Of a stretch of DNA of 64,000 bases, positions 47,693 through 59,673 are shown piece after piece (positions within the stretch are counted from its first letter, which is position 1; every line of letters begins with the position of its first letter). A program made the position numbers and the translations under genes. Origin of the DNA: Pavona decussata (lineage: Eukaryota). Location of the stretch: positions 4,960,001 through 5,024,000 of the forward strand of contig CDRNST010000036.1 in the NCBI GenBank assembly GCA_977016875.1, in the 5' to 3' direction. Under the pieces are notes generated by a model. The model made no database searches, was not told the DNA's origin, and saw nothing but the letters and a program-made list of their open reading frames with translations.

Positions 47693-50194
47693 CTATAAGC
47701 TACCTACGTTATTGCTAGTCCAAGCAAACTTGGCTACTTGAAAGTGCCTACAGTTTCAGATTTTCTCACATTCGTAATATATTCACCTTTTCGCGACGCA
47801 TCAAGGCTATCTCGCCAAATATCTGCGGTGAGTTTTGCGAAATTAAGATTGCCCAAACGTTTGAGCTCCGAAGATGTCAGTATTCAATACTAATGATTGT
47901 AGGTAGGCACGATGAAAGCCTAATGCACGCTCTTATTCGCACAGTATAACCTTAACTAAAGGTTATTGAACTGCTTACATTCCAGAAACTACCATACCAA
48001 TCGCCAGTTTGGACTGATTAATATCGTCATTACTCTTAAATGGAGTTGTACCACTTTAATATGAAACACTAATACAATGCACACTGACACACCTTAAACA
48101 CTTGCTGTAAACAACCTACGCACAATAAATCAGTCATGTATACCCACAAAAAGCCAAAAAAACGTCGAGACCTAAGTCCCGGTTTAGAAATCAGTTGGCA
48201 ATCTGAAACTGTTTTTTAATTTTTAATTGGTTCTTCTTTTCTGACGATGCATTTTACTGATATTACCATGAATCTCGTTGTAGCTTCAGTTAGTTTTGTT
48301 TTGTCCTGTTATTAATCATGGCAAACACTTCTGAATTTAAGTTTTATAAGCTTTCCAGCAATGAATCGAAGCCAAAGAAGTAACTCACTGGTCACGACCG
48401 CTTTAAAACAAAGTAGTAACTTCCCTGCTACTAGCAGGGAAACTAAATAAGTGGCACACACGATAACTGAAACGTTTTTGTTATGTCATGATCTCTTATT
48501 CCACTGTCCAGCTTCAGTAAACAACAAGAATTAATGGGTAGAAAAAAACATAAACTAGCCAATTATGGATTTAAAATGCGAGGGTGTAATTATCAGCCCC
48601 TTTCGGTAGCCGGTTTAGATCTCGCCTTAAGAGACTACGATGAGTTGCGGTTCTAAACTACTGGAGTTGTTTGTTTGGGGTATCTTATGAAGTCCACGTC
48701 CGGTAAATTAATCAATCATAACACCAAATCAGGCTTCATGACCAATATCGTGTTATCGAATTAAGAAAGGAATGTCAAAGCTTTTGAAGGAGATAAAAGA
48801 AACGATCCATCTTCATACACCATTCTCTTAATTGCTGGCCGATTTTACCAGTTTCTCTTTAAGATCAATTTCAGGACTGTCAACCTAATTCTAGCCGCCT
48901 TTGTAAACATTTTGGTACAGAACCAGTCAGAGCCTTGTCAGATAGCGTTTTAAGATTGATTAGTATTCTGGAAGCAACCTCTCATTAGTCGTTCAACACT
49001 AATGATTGCTATTAATGGTTCTTAACGATTTTGAGAATCAGCACTTGACGTTAACAACCCACTTAAAATTATTTACCTGTAGCAACTTTCAGACGTCAAA
49101 ATCTCGAGTCCCTTCGATACTTTTCTTGATGATGACACATTCCTTTCCTAAAGCGTGGCTTGCCCTCCAGTTAATAATACCATAGTAACTTAACGGCGAA
49201 ATGAAGCTTTCTGCTACGTCCGGTCAAGACAAAAGATGGACTTGGGCTGAGACGGTTGTTTTCAAGTCATTGTTATTTAAATTTACGTTCAAATGTTCTG
49301 CCCACTTTTTTTTTCATTGAGGTGTTAAACACGGCCTTCCTGGTCAGTAAACAAAATGGCTACCGAAACCGCGTCGTTGTGAGTTACTAACTACTGAAAA
49401 ATATGGTGGTCCACTGAGTCAAAGTTTTTAAATGAAAATAAAATGAGATAATCACCTCAACTAACTCAAAAAAATCTAAAGATAATTGAAGTCTGTTAAA
49501 CCTTAGAGGTTTTACGATGCTAATTACCGTAAGTTTCATCCAAAGAAGGTACCATTCAATTCTAATTGTACGGGTACTTTGATAATTACAAAGGAATTAT
49601 TTGCTATTGAATGTTGGATAGGACGAAAGTAGATGCATTCTTTCTCGCGGCCAACCCGGTGATAATTTGTTTTGTAAAATGTTAGTGGCTTAGTAAATGG
49701 GTGTTTTTTTTATAACATACACTGAAGTTTATGTACTTTTTTTTATTAACTGAAATTATTTTGATTAAGAGGACCAATCCACTTTATATCGGCCATAGAT
49801 AAAAAGTCAGATAAACATTCAATCTTAATTGTCGTGTTTTTCTCTGACTTAGACAGATCACGGGGTACCACCATGTAATTGATACCGATCCTTGAAGGAC
49901 CCCAGCAGAGAATAAAGCCGCTTTCTTGTACACGTACCTCTTAATGGAGCCGGGGATTTGGGATGTTGTAGTCAGCTTTCCGTATCGCGTTCTTACGAGT
50001 AAAATGGTAACAACCAGCTTTTGGAATAAAACTACCTAGCCAACAGAGCAAGAATGGTTGGTGGTCCCCCGGTAGGCTTGGATTTTCCAGACGGAGCCTT
50101 TTCATTAGTCCGAATAAAGACGTGCAATGCCTCTTCCTAGACGGGCATTGTTAAGTCTTCTTCTGCATCAGCCGTGTTTTTTGTTTTATACTGA

Positions 50195-50726
50195 TAACAA
50201 CATCAGTGACAGTGGAAATGACAATGACAGTCACAAGGTTAAATGACATTGTCAATGGAAATGGCTGTGGCAATGGTAGTTTCCGTGACAACGCTAATGA
50301 CATTGACATTGCCAATGGCAATGGCTGTGGTAGTGACAACGTTAATGACATTGGCAATGTCAGTGACAATGACAGTGGCAGTGTCAATCACAGTGAAACT
50401 GAATCACTTGACATGACAATGACAATATCAATGAAATACCAATTCCAATGTCGACGTAAATTACTATATCAATGATAATGGAAATGACAATGGATATGGC
50501 CAAGGCAATGGCAATGACAATGATAGTGACAGTGACAGTGACAGTGACAGTGACAGTGGCAATGACAATATGACAACGTTAACAACAACAACAACGGCAA
50601 TGACAGTCAATGAATATGGCAATAGCAATGGCAATGAAGGCATTGGCCATGGAAATGGCGATGATAACGGCAATGTCAATGTCAATCAATTTCAACAACG
50701 ATGACAATGTTCATGTCAATGACAAT
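50195..50726 (+). repeat. Degenerate hexamer satellite (GACAAT/GACAGT/GGCAAT)n
   Basis: Direct observation, including a perfect (agtgac)n run at about 50525-50557. Confidence 0.9.
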
Positions 50727-53700
50727 ATTTGATTACACATCATCCTATCAAAATAAATTACAATAGAATAGCAACTTTACTGAAATTTTGTAATTATGCT
50801 TCTGGCAGGAAGAAATCACTCCAGATTCTCTCTCGCCGAGGCTTTGGACACGTTTCGCTTTCATAAGTACACCGGTTTTGTGCTGACTCGTGAATAACTA
50901 CGCCGCACTTTCTACGCAGTAATCTATATATCAGAAATAGCTGGTATTATAGTCGGAGGACAAATCGAATGTTAGGGAATTCGAATTTTATTTATCGTAC
51001 GCGTTCAAAGCATAGCTCAATTCAATATCTTCTGATCCCCGCCCTACAGCCTTCACAAGTTTTTAAGTTAATAAAAGAAATGCAAATTTTGTATGCCAAA
51101 TTCATGACTAATTCAGTCTTTGATTCTTGGGGTACTCAAGACCCACCACATGTGAATTGGGTTTGAGACTTGGCTCTATGTATGAGATGATGATACGACT
51201 GAAAAACATTTTTTTTCCAGTGTGGAAGAATGTTCCTTTCGAAAGAATCATTAATATTTGTTTACGAACAATTTTGTTTTACAGTGCACCTTTAAGATGA
51301 GCTCAGATTTTCGGACAGCCAACAGCAATTCCGTTCTCTCCAATTTTCTGTAACTACTGACATTATGCCAGGTTACTCGAATTGTATTCGTTCAGGGTTA
51401 CACAGATATTCCCCGCGTTTTAAAGGTCGTAAAATGAACACGGAACGGGTAGAAAACGTCATCTCAGCCGTGCATTATTTTCCCGTTGCGCTTGCTCGAA
51501 TTTCTTGTTGAAGGGAGATACTGATTAATTTATGTGACTTTGCACTTAATTTGCAATCAATTTGGCCTGTTTAAATGCAATTAGCTTCCGTTTAGGAGCC
51601 TAAAGCCACCCTGGACGTTACAGTGAGTTTCTTTAATAAGTCGTGTGAGTAGAACAATCTGCCTCCTTACTGGTTGTCCAAGGAAGTCAAGATCATTTAC
51701 CTTCCCTCTCTTTCCCACTTTGTTCTTATTTTTGCCTCAGAAAGGCGGGTTTGCCATCGTTTTTGCTGGGATAATACCTTGCATGTTTGCATATCTCAAG
51801 CTTTCTTTGAGTGTTTCAAATAAACGGCCATACCCGCCCAGTGGACAAAATTCATTTTAAATAGATATCAGTCACCATTTTTTATTCTAGCAAGTATGGT
51901 TCACCTAAAACGATTTTCCTGCTAGACAACACCAAAACTGAATTTAGGATAAGGCGGACAAGGAACATATTAAACACGTTATTTACTGGCTGTAAGTAAA
52001 CTTCTGCTTGTCATTTTACCTCTATTGTAGGTTGGCTCTGTACTGTTGGATAGGCTTCAAAGAAAAATAAATAGTTGCTTAAGAGATACTTCCATCTTCA
52101 AGTAACTGAAAATTTGCAACGGTGCATGACTTGTACGTATACTGATCAAAACCATCCGGTTTGCAGCCTACTTGATTAGGAATACTTATCAGTGAAAAAG
52201 GTCGCCTAGACCAATTAAGCCTCAAATACAATTTTGGAACAAAACTCTAATACGCAACAACTCGCTGGTTTCACTCACGAGCAATAATCAGTCACAACCT
52301 TTCGATTGAAACAGTTCAGTTTTTGCAGCTTTGGAGAATGGTTTCTCGCATCGACGTCGCCAGAAATTGAACTTATATTCTAAGGCTTCGATGCGTTATG
52401 TTATCGTTGCATAACTTATTTTTAATTTAGAATTACTTTAATATAATCCCTTGAACTGGCTATTGAAAGTTGGAACGGCTATGAGCTTAACCTAGTTACG
52501 GATTGGAGTCAATATGCCGCTTTGAAGTCCATTAGGGTAACCCAAGCGACGTGTATTGCATGTACACCAGCTAAGTGTGCAGGAGATTTGAATTTAAATT
52601 ACACTAGCTTCGATTTTCGAACTACTTATTCATGACACAGAAGGCTAGTTACATGAATTAACTCTATTTTTTTAAAGGAATCAGGACTTAGTCACTGAAT
52701 AATGTAGGTCTTACGGCCGTGGATAGAATTAAAAGCCTTCCCGGCGCTCGGAGTAAGTGTATTCGTTTTTCACCGCATTAACTTTTCCTTAAGCTGTTTT
52801 TAAGACGTTCGACGCCTTTCCTTAGAGAAAGGTGAAAACAATCAAGTTCCTGTTTTCATTAAAATTCGATTCGTAAATTGTGGTATAAAAAGGCGAACCC
52901 ACGCCCCTAAAAAAACCCCGCACAACAAGTGAACCTAACGACCCATGTTCTTTTGCGAGTATATCACAAAATGTATGCCAGGAATGTATCTTAAGACTTA
53001 AAGTAGCTTGGAAGTGGAAGAAATAAGCTTAATTACCTGTGATTGTTTGTCTTCGAGCTGATCCGTTTGTAGAGAAAGATTTGATATCAATAGTATCAAA
53101 AAACGAGTCTTCTTCTTAGCCAAGCACAATGTCTAAAGTGTTTGCAATCTGTCATGGAGCGAATGAACAGTTATCCGTCTTAATCAAGGAGCGAATAAAC
53201 AGTTATCCGTCTTCCTACTTTAATTGCCGTTTCTTTCTTCAAATAATCTTTCTTGCAACAAACAACCTTCTTTAAAAATGTCTTTGTCAAGCAAACATTT
53301 TTGAAGTCGTATTATTGTTAACCTCGCGGGAACCGTGATTCCATCCATCATAAAAATTTTGAATGCTGTATCTATGACGTGCCGTCACTCCCATCGCGGT
53401 AAGCCTTTAATGAGTGCCCTTTGACGCCGGCAGTGGATTTATAACAACACTCTCAGTCTTTATTCACCTACCTAAGTGTTCGAACAATTGACACGTCTAC
53501 TCAAATTAAAACGATCGTTTGTATGTCGTTATTCCGACGAAATGAATATACCAGATTATTTAAGAAATCGAGCAGAGGATTAGTTCCTAAAGAAGCCTTT
53601 TGCGTCGTAGTACTGTAGTACTGCGGAAGAATGCGACTTAATTCCATATCAAATATGTATTTATGGGAGAACCGTTAAGGTGTGACTGATTGTATAATAA

Positions 53701-53740
53701 GTCTCTTTATCAGTCAACATTATCAACATTCGAAATTTTC

Positions 53741-54023
53741 CGTTGAAACTTTTAGCTGAAACTTGTGTGCAACGGCGCTGCGAAACAAGTTTCAGCAGGC
53801 GTTGCACCGTGTAACATGGTCGGTTTCGTGAAACTTTTTCGAACTTCCGTTGCGAGACAAGTTTCACGAAAAGTAGAACCGCTTTCTACTTCTGCAACGG
53901 CTCGCAACGGTCGCAGTGGTGAAAAAGCAGGAGTTTCACCGTGTAACACCACTTAGTGAAACTGGTCTCGTTCGCCGTTGCACACAAGTTTCAGCTAAAA
54001 GTTTCAACGTGTAACGGCGGCTC
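53741..54023. mobile_element. MITE, left end truncated
   Basis: cgttgaaacttttagctgaaacttgtgtgcaacggcg (from 53741) is the exact reverse complement of 53973-54009. Confidence 0.85.
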
Positions 54024-54043
54024 ACTGAAAAAGAAAAAATGGT

Positions 54044-54778
54044 CTTAGGTTCCGCCGGAGTCCTGATAGGAGTACTCGGATTTCCTTTTTCCGAGTATGC
54101 CTGTGTCACTCACTAAATAATACATCATTCTCATTCATTCATCAGCCGGCTTGGAAGTGTACTCCAACCGAGACTCAGTCCGTAAGGCCAGGGTAGCTTT
54201 TTTTTATTCTCAAAAGGCAGAACACTTTTTCCACATGGCCGTAATATTCGCGAAGAAATTTACTGACATTTCTCCTTTTTTATACTATCAATCAATTTAG
54301 TTTTACCTAGTTCCGTTATTGCGCAAATACTTTTAACTATAAGCACATGTCCCAATGCTAATTCTCAGTTGTACCCGCAGAAAACTGGTTTGGCCAGCCA
54401 AAATATAGTACACTTTAAAAAGTAATTCTACGGTATCAGTCTCTGCTTCTATTATCATTTGTATTTGTTAAGCCAACGTATGCAGTAGGATTACCGTCCA
54501 CGGTTGTTTGCATAGTCATTATTGAGAATATACCATCACATTTATTCCATTGCGCATATGCCACACATTGACATTCAAATCTTAGCAGTATGCAGGATGT
54601 TTGTCCCATGAACCTAATTTAATGGCTTTACTTCCACAAGTCTCCTGTAGCTCAGTGGTAGAGCATCCGAACTAGTAATCGGAAGGCATTAATCTTCTAT
54701 CAGGAGTTCGACTCCTGATAGAAGCACTCTTAGTTTTTCCTAGTGTGCCTGTCTCACTTGGAATGATACATCATTCTC
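54044..54778 (+). mobile_element. tRNA-derived SINE-like element in partial tandem (unit about 265 bp), interrupted by an insertion of about 370 bp
   Basis: B-box remnant and tail at 54048-54155; tail resumes aatataccatcacatttatt at 54527 (contiguous in the 24290 copy); then A-box TAGCTCAGTGG 54648-54658, B-box GTTCGACTCC 54706-54715, and the tail again to tcattctc. Confidence 0.75.
54370..54470 (+). mobile_element. Penelope-like pLTR fragment with degenerate hammerhead architecture
   Basis: tgtac-ccgcagaa-aactgg-tttgg-ccagcc-aaaa-tat-a-gtaca. Stems I and II are recognisable; the CTGAAGA and GAAA cores are mutated. Confidence 0.4.
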
Positions 54779-55207
54779 AGGAGATCGTTTCCTGGCTTTT
54801 TTGAGTTTTCCGTGATAGCCTGGAGTCAACCAAAAGATTGACAAATACGGTGAAATACTTTCCTAATACTGTAATAATGTTTTAAAGACCTCGATATAGA
54901 AAAATTACAAATGATATCAATGCTTTAGCACCGAGCTATTTCACATTGCAATTTGACCATACTCTCGAAATACGATTTCACCCAAACATTAATTTTGCGC
55001 TCAATTATATTTCATTACTGGCGGATTTGTTTGAGTACTCCACGGTAAAGAGACTAACTAAAAAAATATAAATCTTCATAGTCATGCGCACTACAGTTGG
55101 ATCTGAATCACATGGAGGTTTATCTAGCCTGATCAATTTTGGAGCAGAGTAGAACGCCTTTTTTGCTACTCACTCGTAATCCCTCACAGCCGATTGATAG
55201 CGAGTTA

Positions 55208-56846
55208 CAGCGTACGGGGCGGGGGGGCTGGGGGGGCTGCAGCCCCCCCCTGTCGGAAAAAAAAAAATAGTATTATTCGGGCAAAACGGATGTACCGTCA
55301 GGGAGAAGACATAGTAAAAACTTGATTTGGGTCGTGCTACAATCGTAGACAAAACGGTTAAGAAAACGTACCCTTCCAAGCGTTTTTACAAGTAAACAAT
55401 CGAACGACAATATTTTTCCCGCCCCCCTCCCCCCAACTCAATGTTGTTCGGTGGGTCACGAAGAGTTTCCCGGCAATCAGCACTTCCCAAATCAACATTG
55501 TATAGGGGGAGGGGGGGGGGGGGGGGAAGGGAGAAGTAACTTGTAGAAATTCGAGCCGGGGAGGAATGGGAAATAATTGTTTTTGGTGGGCAAAATTGTC
55601 CACGATTGTCCACGATTGTAGAGCAAGTGCCGAGGATAATGGAAGGCGTGGTCACTTTAACAAAGGATCGCGATCTCAAGACCTACAACGAAAGTAATTC
55701 GCTTCTCCACTCAAATTTGTGACTTTAAGTTTGTTTATAGGCTTGATGGTTTTGAAGCTCATCTTATCCAACACTGATAATTTGAGTAGATATCTACAGG
55801 GAGAACAGATGGATGTCATCACTGCCAAGAAGACTGCTGATGCTGTCGTTAAGACACTGAGCAATTGTCGCAATGAAGAGAGCTTCACTCAGATGTGGTC
55901 ACATGCTGATGTTATAGGGCAAAAAATCAGAATAGGAATCAAGAGTACGAAATTTGCCTTCAGAGATGCCAAGGTGCCACGAACCAGACCATCATGCCGA
56001 CTTCTGGGCCTTACTGGTAAGACACCTGCTGCAGCAAACGACAGCTCACAACAGACGGCAAAAGACCACTTTCGTATTACCGGTTATTACACAAGTATTG
56101 ACAAAGTCGTCACTATAAACTTCAATCAAGGTTTGAAGGGCAATGACCAGGAGGTTTTGTGCGCACTGGGCGAAATCGTATTCAGCCGTTCTCCAAGCAT
56201 CAACAACATCCAAACTGTATCAAATTTCTATGGCGTGGATAGTGAAGTGCTATAAAGTGAGAAGTCAATCTTTGAAAACTACGACTGCGGGGACCCATGC
56301 CAGAAAAAAACGCACCCGTGATGGTAAAGACCATGCATCAAAATGGTCTCCATGACATTTTACCTGTTCTATATAAAGTTGCCTCCATCCTGGCCACAAT
56401 TCCTGCAACCTCGTGCTCTGCTAAAAGGTCTTTCAGCGCCCTTCGCCGCATCAAGACATTTTAATTTAAGATCGACAATGGGACAAGAAAGACCGACTTA
56501 GCAGTATCGCCGTTATTAACATTGAAAGAAAGTATGCAAACAAGACAATGCAGAATTACATACAAAGGATTATTGACGTATTTGGGTCTCGAAGTAATCG
56601 TTCTTCATACTTCTTTTAGAGCTCAAATGGGTACGTTTTATCTCTCGCTTCATGGTTTTGTATTTTAGAAATGTTGGTCTCGATTTACCGAAAATAATTG
56701 CACTATTTTGAATGCCCGTGCTCTCACGGTATGGCGAAGAAAACTTGACGTCACGAAAGAATCATCTTGTGCATCTGTGACCAACAAGTTTCATTCGGGC
56801 AAATTATGTTCAGCACCCCCAACAAAATTTTTCCCGTACGCCGATG
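55208..56846 (+). mobile_element. Internally deleted hAT DNA transposon
   Basis: Left ca..gcgtacggg and right cccgtacgccgatg TIR; subterminal attcgggcaaa; contains a transposase fragment. Confidence 0.85.
55690..56619 (+). pseudogene. hAT transposase C-terminal fragment (ZMYM1/THAP12-like), frameshifted
   Basis: FIGLMVLKLILSNTDNLSRYLQGEQMDVITAKKTADAVVKTLSNCR..., and at about 56360-56540 LPVLYKVASILATIPATSCSAKRSFSALRRIKTF/LRSTMGQER, the hAT dimerisation domain. Confidence 0.88.
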
Positions 56847-57829
56847 GTTACGTAATCGGATTTACAGCATTAGTGACAACAGACTAGTTATGTAATTTGT
56901 GTAGATCCTAATTAACATAAATTGATATTTTGCCCGTCACGTAACAGAAAACTGGGGAGAGCGTAGTGCGGGATGGCTCATGGTTAGTGGTTTGAAAAAG
57001 AATCCATTGAGAAAGTTGTGACATTCTACGGTCAGCCTCCCTCGGCGACACATTACATTGTTTTAACAAACTTAAAAGTTTGTTTTATTAGTTTGTTTGT
57101 TTTTAGCTTTTCCTTTCACTTTTCTGGAGAAAAATTGTTTTTCGCTTATTTCATTTTAGTATTACTGCCTTAAAACCCCAAAGGTTGCGCCATGGCATTG
57201 GTTGGGGGTCCACACGGTCCCTATTTTTCCCGTACCCGTTTTTAGGGTTTACTTGTCCGGTTGTGGCGCATGTAAGCTATCGGTTTATCTTTATCCATGA
57301 TTCCTGTATTTTGTTGATGTGTCAATAAATGCTTATCTTGGGCCTGGCTGACCAACGCGCCCGTGTATTGGCGGCCGTTACCATCAAAAATACACGGATT
57401 TCAAACGGTACAGACAAGAAAGAGTTGGTTCAAGTGTCCATTACAAAATAGCACAGACAATTAAAAAGTGGCACAGCCAAAGTACAAACTGTTCAACCTT
57501 CCATACTGAAATAGCAAAGTGTAAAACGAAACGGTCTAGCCATGCCTCATAGCTGTGATGTGTGTTTGATTGTGTAGTGTAGGCAAAATGAGAAGATTTG
57601 TACCAGCTTGAGTTGCGGATGCCGATATCAGTATTAGACTGACTATATAGCCAGTGATTGTACCAGCTGTTTCCTAGAATGTCTAACTTTTGCTGACTTT
57701 GTAATAGACCTGAGACTTTCGCTTTGTTTTTCGTCTAGTTGCAGTTATAATATTGTTAGTGTCTCAGTGACAAGCGATTAATAGTCATATATTTAAAAAA
57801 GAACAAGGTTGTCCGTGAGTTCAGGGTAT

Positions 57830-57878
57830 TTACTTACTTTTACTTGTCCCCTCGTGCCAAGGTGGCGCATAGGGCCAT
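57830..57878 (-). mobile_element. 49-bp 5'-truncated LINE 3' end (RTE-like) with 12-bp TSD
   Basis: agttcagggtat is duplicated at 57818-57829 and 57879-57890. The insert on the minus strand reads GCC CTA TGC GCC (ALCA)...AAG TAA followed by an (AAGT)n tail. Confidence 0.75.
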
Positions 57879-57886
57879 AGTTCAGG

Positions 57887-58122
57887 GTATATTTTCCCAA
57901 TATTTCGAAAGGCACGGCCTTTCTTCTTCACGAAGAAGGCCGGTGCCTTTCGAAATATTGGAAAATATACTTCCCTGACCGTGAAATCAGCCTTGCTCTT
58001 TTTTAGATTATTTGTTCTACAATTTGTTGCTGATTAGATCGTTTACTACAGGAGCCGGTACTTTTATTTTTGTCGCGGTGGTCCTTGCAAACACAGTTAA
58101 TTCAGTACTGGCTTTTACTGAA
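57887..58122 (+). mobile_element. Penelope-like pLTR fragment with 5' inversion and hammerhead-like motif
   Basis: 57887-57970 is an imperfect palindrome. The minus arm reads TGAAGA-a-GAAAGGC-cgt-GCCTTTC-GAAA-tat-t-ggg. The body matches 32441-32640, and both copies end at ...ttttactgaa. Confidence 0.6.
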
Positions 58123-59244
58123 CAGTCACCATGTCTTGTTGAACAAGTCATTGAAAATGGAGGAGTAACCAGAATAAAAAACATTAAACTTGCTTATTAA
58201 TCAAGGAACTCTTTCAAATAATGCCAAAAAAGGTTAAAAGAGCCGACACAAATTAAACTTATCTAAATTTGACAAATTGATGATGAATTATGTTACCTTT
58301 TGTGTAGTCTATAAAATTGATTGAGACTTGAAAGATAAACAGATTTATGATTAAAACAGTAAAACGATAACTGTGTCAAATAGATCGTTTTCTTATCCTT
58401 TTCTTAGTATTTTCCCGCGTTGAAAATGTCCTGGTATAGCGCCGTTGTTATAAAACCGATGTTGCCTACGTGACTTTAAATCCACGAACACTGATTGGGC
58501 CGCAGGCGATCTTGAAATTAAAAGCAACTACCAAATGTTCACTTTCGACGGAGAGGCCTTTGCGTGGAAAGAAAATGTTGATGCCTACACTGGCCAGGGA
58601 GGAGAGAGAGATTGCTATAAAAAACACCAAGCCCACTATAAATTGACCCGTTTTAGTGATCTAAACTTGATTAACCTATATACATACTTAACATTCTTAA
58701 TTAATCAAGATTGTGCGATACAAGTAAACTTAAGTGAATCCGACAGATGGCGTAAGGTAAGTGATAGCTTAAGCGATTGCTGAAAGACAAAGCAACTGAA
58801 CTAATAAACGGCACGATACAACAAAGGAAATCTTTGTATCTGTTGGAAATCGGTCATCAAATCTATGTTGACATTATTCGTAGCCAGTCTAAATACACGC
58901 TTTCTTTATAAGGTGTCCCTTATTGTGCCGTTTTCTGTTGAGCCTTTTATGTCCAGTTTTCTATATTGTTCAGGTTTTAATGATCCGCTTCGCTAACCTC
59001 ACAACCTTTTAAGTAAAAAACAATGGTTCGTACTAATTAAATAAAGCCGTTTTCGCTGGTAGCTTCTCGAGCTATTAAGGCATTGTTTGCAGATATTTTC
59101 GCAGTTGTTTACGTGTTCCTGTGTTCTGTGAAATGAGATATTGAAAGCTTTCAAAAAGTTTGGTGTCCCCAAACTTTTAACTTTAAACAACGTGTTTACA
59201 CAAAAGGTTGATTAATTGAATCCCATTTACTGTACTGCTTTCAG

Positions 59245-59369
59245 GCGTGAAAGAGTGCGTTGACAGAACAATCCAACTTCAGGTGAATGAAACTGGCAAT
59301 TGTTAAGGCAATTCACCAAGCTGAATAGCTGTGGTGCAACATATGGATTAGGGCAATAGAAAACGCAGG
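59245..59369 (+). other. Candidate non-coding 5'UTR exon of the Cys-loop channel gene
   Basis: ctgctttcag acceptor and G|GTAAGT donor. A further strong donor AAG|GTAAGT lies at about 58756. Confidence 0.35.
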
Positions 59370-59609
59370 GTAAGTTGCCTTATTTTCGGGATTTTAGTAT
59401 GTTTTTACAAAACAGATTATGGAGGCTCAACCATCCGCATTGCATTGCCTCGGGGAATTAGAAACATCTACATTTGGTTACATTATGGTAATGGCGTGCA
59501 GAGGGATTGCGCACCAGTCAAAAATATTTGTAGCTCACATGACAGTGATAAGCAACCGCAGAGCGGTGAGACAGGGTCTCAGTTGACTCAAGGGTGACCC
59601 AACGACGTG

Positions 59610-59673
59610 ATGTGGCTCTCGTTGCGTGCTTCCATTATTCTGCTTTCTTTGTTGGCTGTTTGTAAATCTGAAG
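59610..59673 (+). CDS. Cys-loop ligand-gated ion channel (nAChR-like) subunit, exon 1 (signal peptide)
   Basis: MWLSLRASIILLSLLAVCKSE plus G|GTAAGT; phase 1 matches the next exon. Confidence 0.75.

Noticed and set aside
50151-50685. Asn/Asp/Gly-rich or Leu/Ser-rich proteins
   Set aside because: These are translations of a hexamer satellite, with stops and no splice support.
54641-54726. Functional tRNA gene
   Set aside because: The D-arm and boxes are present, but the anticodon loop is 8 nt, the T-arm is replaced by a fold-back, the acceptor stem does not close properly, and the 3' flank matches a dispersed repeat.
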